From the human T2T-CHM13v2.0 reference genome, Homo sapiens: DNA of 64,000 nucleotides. The stretch lies in the NCBI RefSeq assembly GCF_009914755.1, contig NC_060941.1; one strand, 5' to 3'. How positions within the stretch are numbered: position 1 is the stretch's first letter; each line of letters begins with the position of its first letter. The translations under genes were made by a program, and so were the position numbers. This document shows, one piece after another, positions 58,605 through 64,000 of the stretch. A model generated the notes under the pieces. The model searched no databases. It was not told where the DNA came from and was given only the letters and a program-made list of their open reading frames with translations.

Positions 58605-58989
58605 CAAACTCCTGGGCTGAAGCATTCCTCCTGCTTTGACCTCCCAAAGCACTGGGATTACAGGTGTGAGCCACCTCACTCAACCAATGTTTGCTTATTT
58701 TGTATTTGAATTTGCTTCCTTCCTCTTTGTCATTTCCCCTCCCTGCTAGAATTGCCCTTTCCATCTCTCTTTCCCAGTTAAGATTTTCAGAGGGACCTGC
58801 GCAGGTCACATTGCGAGTCTGAGGATGGGGAATGAGATAGGGGTGGAAAGAGAGATGGAAAGGGCAAAGAAAAAGGAAGCAAATTCAAATACAAAATGAG
58901 CAAACATTGGTTGAGTGCAGTGGCTCATGCCTGTAATCCCAGTGCTTTGGGAGGTCAAGAGAGGAGGATTGCTTGAGCCCACGAGTTTG
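58605..58989. repeat. Long inverted repeat (Alu fragment plus unique DNA in each arm)
   Basis: 58677-58721 vs 58873-58917 are 44/45 complementary; 58752-58774 vs 58845-58867 are 23/23. Confidence 0.92.
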
Positions 58990-59307
58990 GGTCCATGTCA
59001 CCTACCTGGTCTTCTTCCTTTAAATCGCTGTCATTTTCACTCACCCTTCTAGAAAGAATCTTGTCATTACATTGGGCAATTTCTATGTTTTGTGAGGGAA
59101 CTCAACCATAAAATTCATTCTGCAAACATGAAGAATGTCCTCTAATTTTTAGCCTAAATTTATTTCCCCAGAGACAAATGTGTTTTCCTGCATTTTTGTA
59201 TTTTGAATGTCTATTAATAAGAGTTTCTCTTCTGAAGTCCAACCTTTGCAGGACAGTTTCATTTACTTGTTTACACCACACCTTGTTCCGGGAAGGATTT
59301 AAGGTAG

Positions 59308-59661
<354 letters not shown>

Positions 59662-60165
59662 TAAGCTTCGTCAAAACAGAACTATTGTTAATTCTTGAAC
59701 TCTCCATGGTCTTTAATGTCCTCACACTTGCACATAAGCTATTCCTTTCCCACTCAGCCAACTCATTCATCCTGCAGGATGGACTTCCAATGAAGCCTCA
59801 GTGACATCTCCCACCCTTCCAAGAGCAAAGTGAGGGGTTCCTGTTGCATACTCTCATCACCACATGAATGAGTCTCTACAACAGTAATTTCCACATTGTA
59901 TTGTAGTTAGTTGACTCCCTCAGTTCAGAAGTTACTCTTAATTACAGCACCCAGAACAGTCCTGGCACATATCTGGTGCTCAGTAAGTGTTTGTAGGATC
60001 CGTGGATGAATGATTGAATGTATAGAAGGATGCACAGGTGAATGAACGGATGTATCTTTCCCTTTTCTGTGGACACTTCACCTCTGGTTTGAACCCAGGA
60101 CAGCTCTTCTACCTACTGTCCTGCCCCCTGCAAAACCAAGTCCCCAAAGCCACAGCCCCACTCAC

Positions 60166-60205
60166 CTGAGAGGCAGAGAAGGAGTAGAGCTGGGAGCAGC
60201 CACAT
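60166..60205 (-). CDS. CD300E: CD300E exon 1 coding part (signal peptide MWLLPALLLLCLS/G)
   Basis: ATG at 60205, G|gtgagt donor. Total 40+348+109+121=618 nt, i.e. 205 aa. Confidence 0.96.
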
Positions 60206-61385
60206 GTTCCTGTCTCCTTGGCTTCCGTCCTCAGCAAATCTAGGTCCCAGCTGGAATCCAAGTATATGTAACGGAGCCTGGGTCATCCACTTTCTACTTG
60301 TCCAAGTTTCCTTTGTGTTCTCACTCATCTATTTCCTCTTTTGCCTTTTAAAGAATGCTTCCTAATTTTAAGCCTTACTTAGCAGAAGAGAAAGGGTGGC
60401 AAGAGACGTTTCTGAGAATGGACCAAGCACAAACAGGAAAATCTGTTGGCCTTCATTTAATGTGAACGTAATGTTTGAGTCACCCCCTGAGATTTCATGA
60501 CTCGGAATTTCATGAAAGTCAGTCCCAGTTTACGAAACCTCTCCAACAGAGAAAACTCTGTTCCCTGCCTCTTTCACTCTTCTTCCTATCTGGGATTACT
60601 TCATCGATCTAAGGAGCTTCCCTTCTCTATGGCTGCCTACTTTTGAATCATAAAACACCCTCTACTTAAGGAGCTGTGGTGATCACTCCCCATGTCTTTC
60701 TCAACCGTTATCTCCATGCGGATGACTTCACACCTCTTCCTCTAACCCAATATCCCAATATCTCTCCTGGGCTCCAGATCCTACTTTCTAACTTCCTATA
60801 GGGAAGCTCCACCTGGTTATACACTGTTAACCTAGTTCAGTATATGGGTCATGGTCAACAGCATAGATTCTGAAGTCACACAAACTCAAATCTCATCTCC
60901 ATCATTTATTAATCATCTGACCTTGGGCATGTTGCCAAATCACTCTCCTCCTCAGTCTCCTCATCTGTAAAATAGAGTACTCATGACAATTCTTTCTCAA
61001 AGGGTTGCCACAGGAAATAAATGAGTTAATGTAAGTAAAGTGCTTGATACAGTGCCTGGAACATAGTAACTGCCCAGTTAATATTAAATACCTTTAGAAT
61101 AGTCCTGGACCATTGAAATAGCTTCTCATCTGGTCCCTCCACTAGCTATACATTCTCTCTAATCCAACTTGCACATCAGAAGATACTCTTCTCTAAGACA
61201 TAGCTATCTGAAAATATAATTTCTTTCCTTCTCTTTCCCCAGAGATACCCATCTTGGATACCCACAGCCTCTAATCTTTACTATCTTTTAGAACTCTACT
61301 GGATCATCTGATATTTCAAACTTTTGTTGTAAGAGCACAACTTCTTATCTTTTCTGTACCACCATATCTGATGAAGTATTATATA

Positions 61386-61585
61386 GCCAGGCATGGTGGC
61401 ACGTGCCTGTAATCCCAGCTACTTGGGAGGCCAAGGCAGGAGAATCACTTGAACCCAGGAGGTGGAGGTTGCAAAGCAATGAGCCAAGATCACACCATTG
61501 CACTCCAGCCTGGCAACAGAGAGAGACTCCATCTAAAAAAAAAAGAAAGAAAGATGAAAGAAAGAAAGAAAAAGAAAGAAAGAAA
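61386..61585 (+). mobile_element. Alu right arm
   Basis: AGCCAGGCATGGTGGCACG... with A/GAAA tail. Confidence 0.85.
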
Positions 61586-61717
61586 GATAGATAGATTATA
61601 TATAGAATAGAGCCCTGGATGGAACAATAAAACACCAGGACCCTGGTCCCATGTGTGACATGAGCCACACACTTGAGGGATCCAGAATGAGCAGAGCTGA
61701 CAGTAGCCACAACATTG

Positions 61718-62407
<690 letters not shown>

Positions 62408-64000
62408 ACCCTTGTGCCATTTATTCAGCAGAGACAACAGTTGCAGGCTTCAGTTCTTTCCACCAAGAGGACCAAACAAATCTTCAGCCTTCTTGGTTCT
62501 GCTTTTATAATGTTTTCTTCTGGTTCCTTTTTTGAAAATCTTATCCCTACAGTTGTTTATAAAATAAAAGAAATGGGAATAAGCAAAGGCATGTGTTGAT
62601 GGTTGAAAAACTATAAACTCACCATGTCTAATATAGGCACATTTCATTATAATCCAATTAGAAAATCCAAACTCCGACCACCTAGTAAGACCGAGTTGAC
62701 ACAGAAGCTATCATCTGGTTCCAAACTGAAGTCAAATCCAATAAAAGGAAATTCCAGGTATTAGAAATGTAAAGGGAACTAAAAGCCAGGTCTGTGAGCA
62801 GGATCTGATACCAAGAGGCTAATGGGGACCAGTCAAAATGAATTTGGGCCTTAGGAGGAGAGGGGCTGCTGTTTAAATAGCCACTCAGGGACAGAAGACA
62901 ATGTCTCAGGTCTACACAAGACAGGGAGTGGGAGCAGAGCCCCCTGCCAAAAGCTAGGATCCATGAATGGTCATTACGCCCATGGAACAGGATGAGGGGA
63001 GACCCCATTGATGGGCTCATGGGAGTATCAAGGCATCTCCACTCCCTGTAGTTATAAGGAGTTACCTTCCATGAGAACAAGCACCTAAGTTGCACTACAC
63101 AGGGGTGTGAGATCCAAAGTACAACTTCCCATCGTGTGGGAGTGTGGACAAGGACGTCAATATAAAACAGGTTGGCAAATGATGAGACTTGTAGGGCCAT
63201 GGAAGAGATGAACACACACCAAAACCACACCTCCAGTTCACCTTGTGTTTTTATACACCCCATGAGCTAATGATCATTTTCACATTATTAATGGTGGGAA
63301 TTTTTTTTTTAATTCATGACACATGAAAATTGTCTGAAACTAAAATTTCAGTGTACATAAATAAGTTTTACTGGAATACAGCTACACATGTTCATTTATG
63401 TATTATCTATAGCAGCTTTCATGCTACAACAGCAGAGTTTGTTACAGGACCAACGAGTTCATATGCCCATTGCACTGGAACAAACCAATACACCAAGACA
63501 ACAGGGTTTGCAGCAGAGAAAGAGTTTAATGATCACAGGGTAACCAAGCAAGGAGTTGGGAGGGACCCTCAAATCCATCTCCCTGAGAAGTTCTGGGCTG
63601 GGACTTTTAAGGGGATTGTAGAGGGCAAGTAACTGGAAAATTGGGATCATTGATTGGTCAAGGTAGGATGGATGAAATCATCATGATCTGGAAACAGCCT
63701 TCTTTGGTGAATCAGCTTCTCTTGGATTCCTCTAGACCAGCTGGCATCAGTAGTTTCACTGGTATACAAGACCTGGTAAAAATATCTCAAATGGAAAACT
63801 TAATGTCTCACAATGCTTAAGATGTTACCTATGGTACAATTAAGGGGGACTATAGTCTTACAACCGGGTCTGTGTGATTCTGGGGGAATAGGCAGCAAAT
63901 ATGAAGAAGCAGGACAGAGAGCAGGCTGACCTCATGATTAATGCCAAATGTGCTGCAAGCTTGGTTTATTTTCATTTCTCCCCTTCCCTTCTTCCCTGAT

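Noticed and set aside
62682-64000. 193-aa ORF and adjacent LTR-like sequence upstream of CD300E
   Set aside because: Looks like decayed ERV-internal, DNA-transposon and LTR sequence; the family cannot be assigned confidently and there is no gene structure.

Overview
This is human (hominid) genomic DNA from the CD300 immunoreceptor cluster at 17q25.1, recognised from the encoded proteins. Minus strand: the 5' half of CD300H (leader and IgV exons; the intron-1 donor reads AT, the null allele), the complete 4-exon CD300LD (194 aa, TM Glu) and the complete 4-exon CD300E (205 aa, TM Lys). Plus strand: the 243-aa C17orf77/CD300LD-AS1 ORF, antisense over CD300LD exon 1, and a truncated HERV-K (HML-6-like, LTR3) provirus in CD300LD intron 2 whose LTR is positioned to drive that antisense transcript. 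The main result is hidden from the ORF track: an inverted, full 4-exon CD300 paralogue at 36406-43126 (+). It has a leader, an IgV domain of the CD300LB/LD/LF type, a long stalk built from seven 8-aa repeats, and a Lys-containing TM. It is disabled by only two lesions, both in the IgV exon: a TGG>TAG stop and a 61-bp L1 tail insertion. Skipping that symmetric exon would leave an intact 150-aa ORF. The rest is Alu/L1/L2/MaLR/MER repeats and tandem repeats, including a RUNX-motif VNTR and a ~385-bp palindrome. Exon coordinates were counted by hand; repeat boundaries and subfamily names are approximate.
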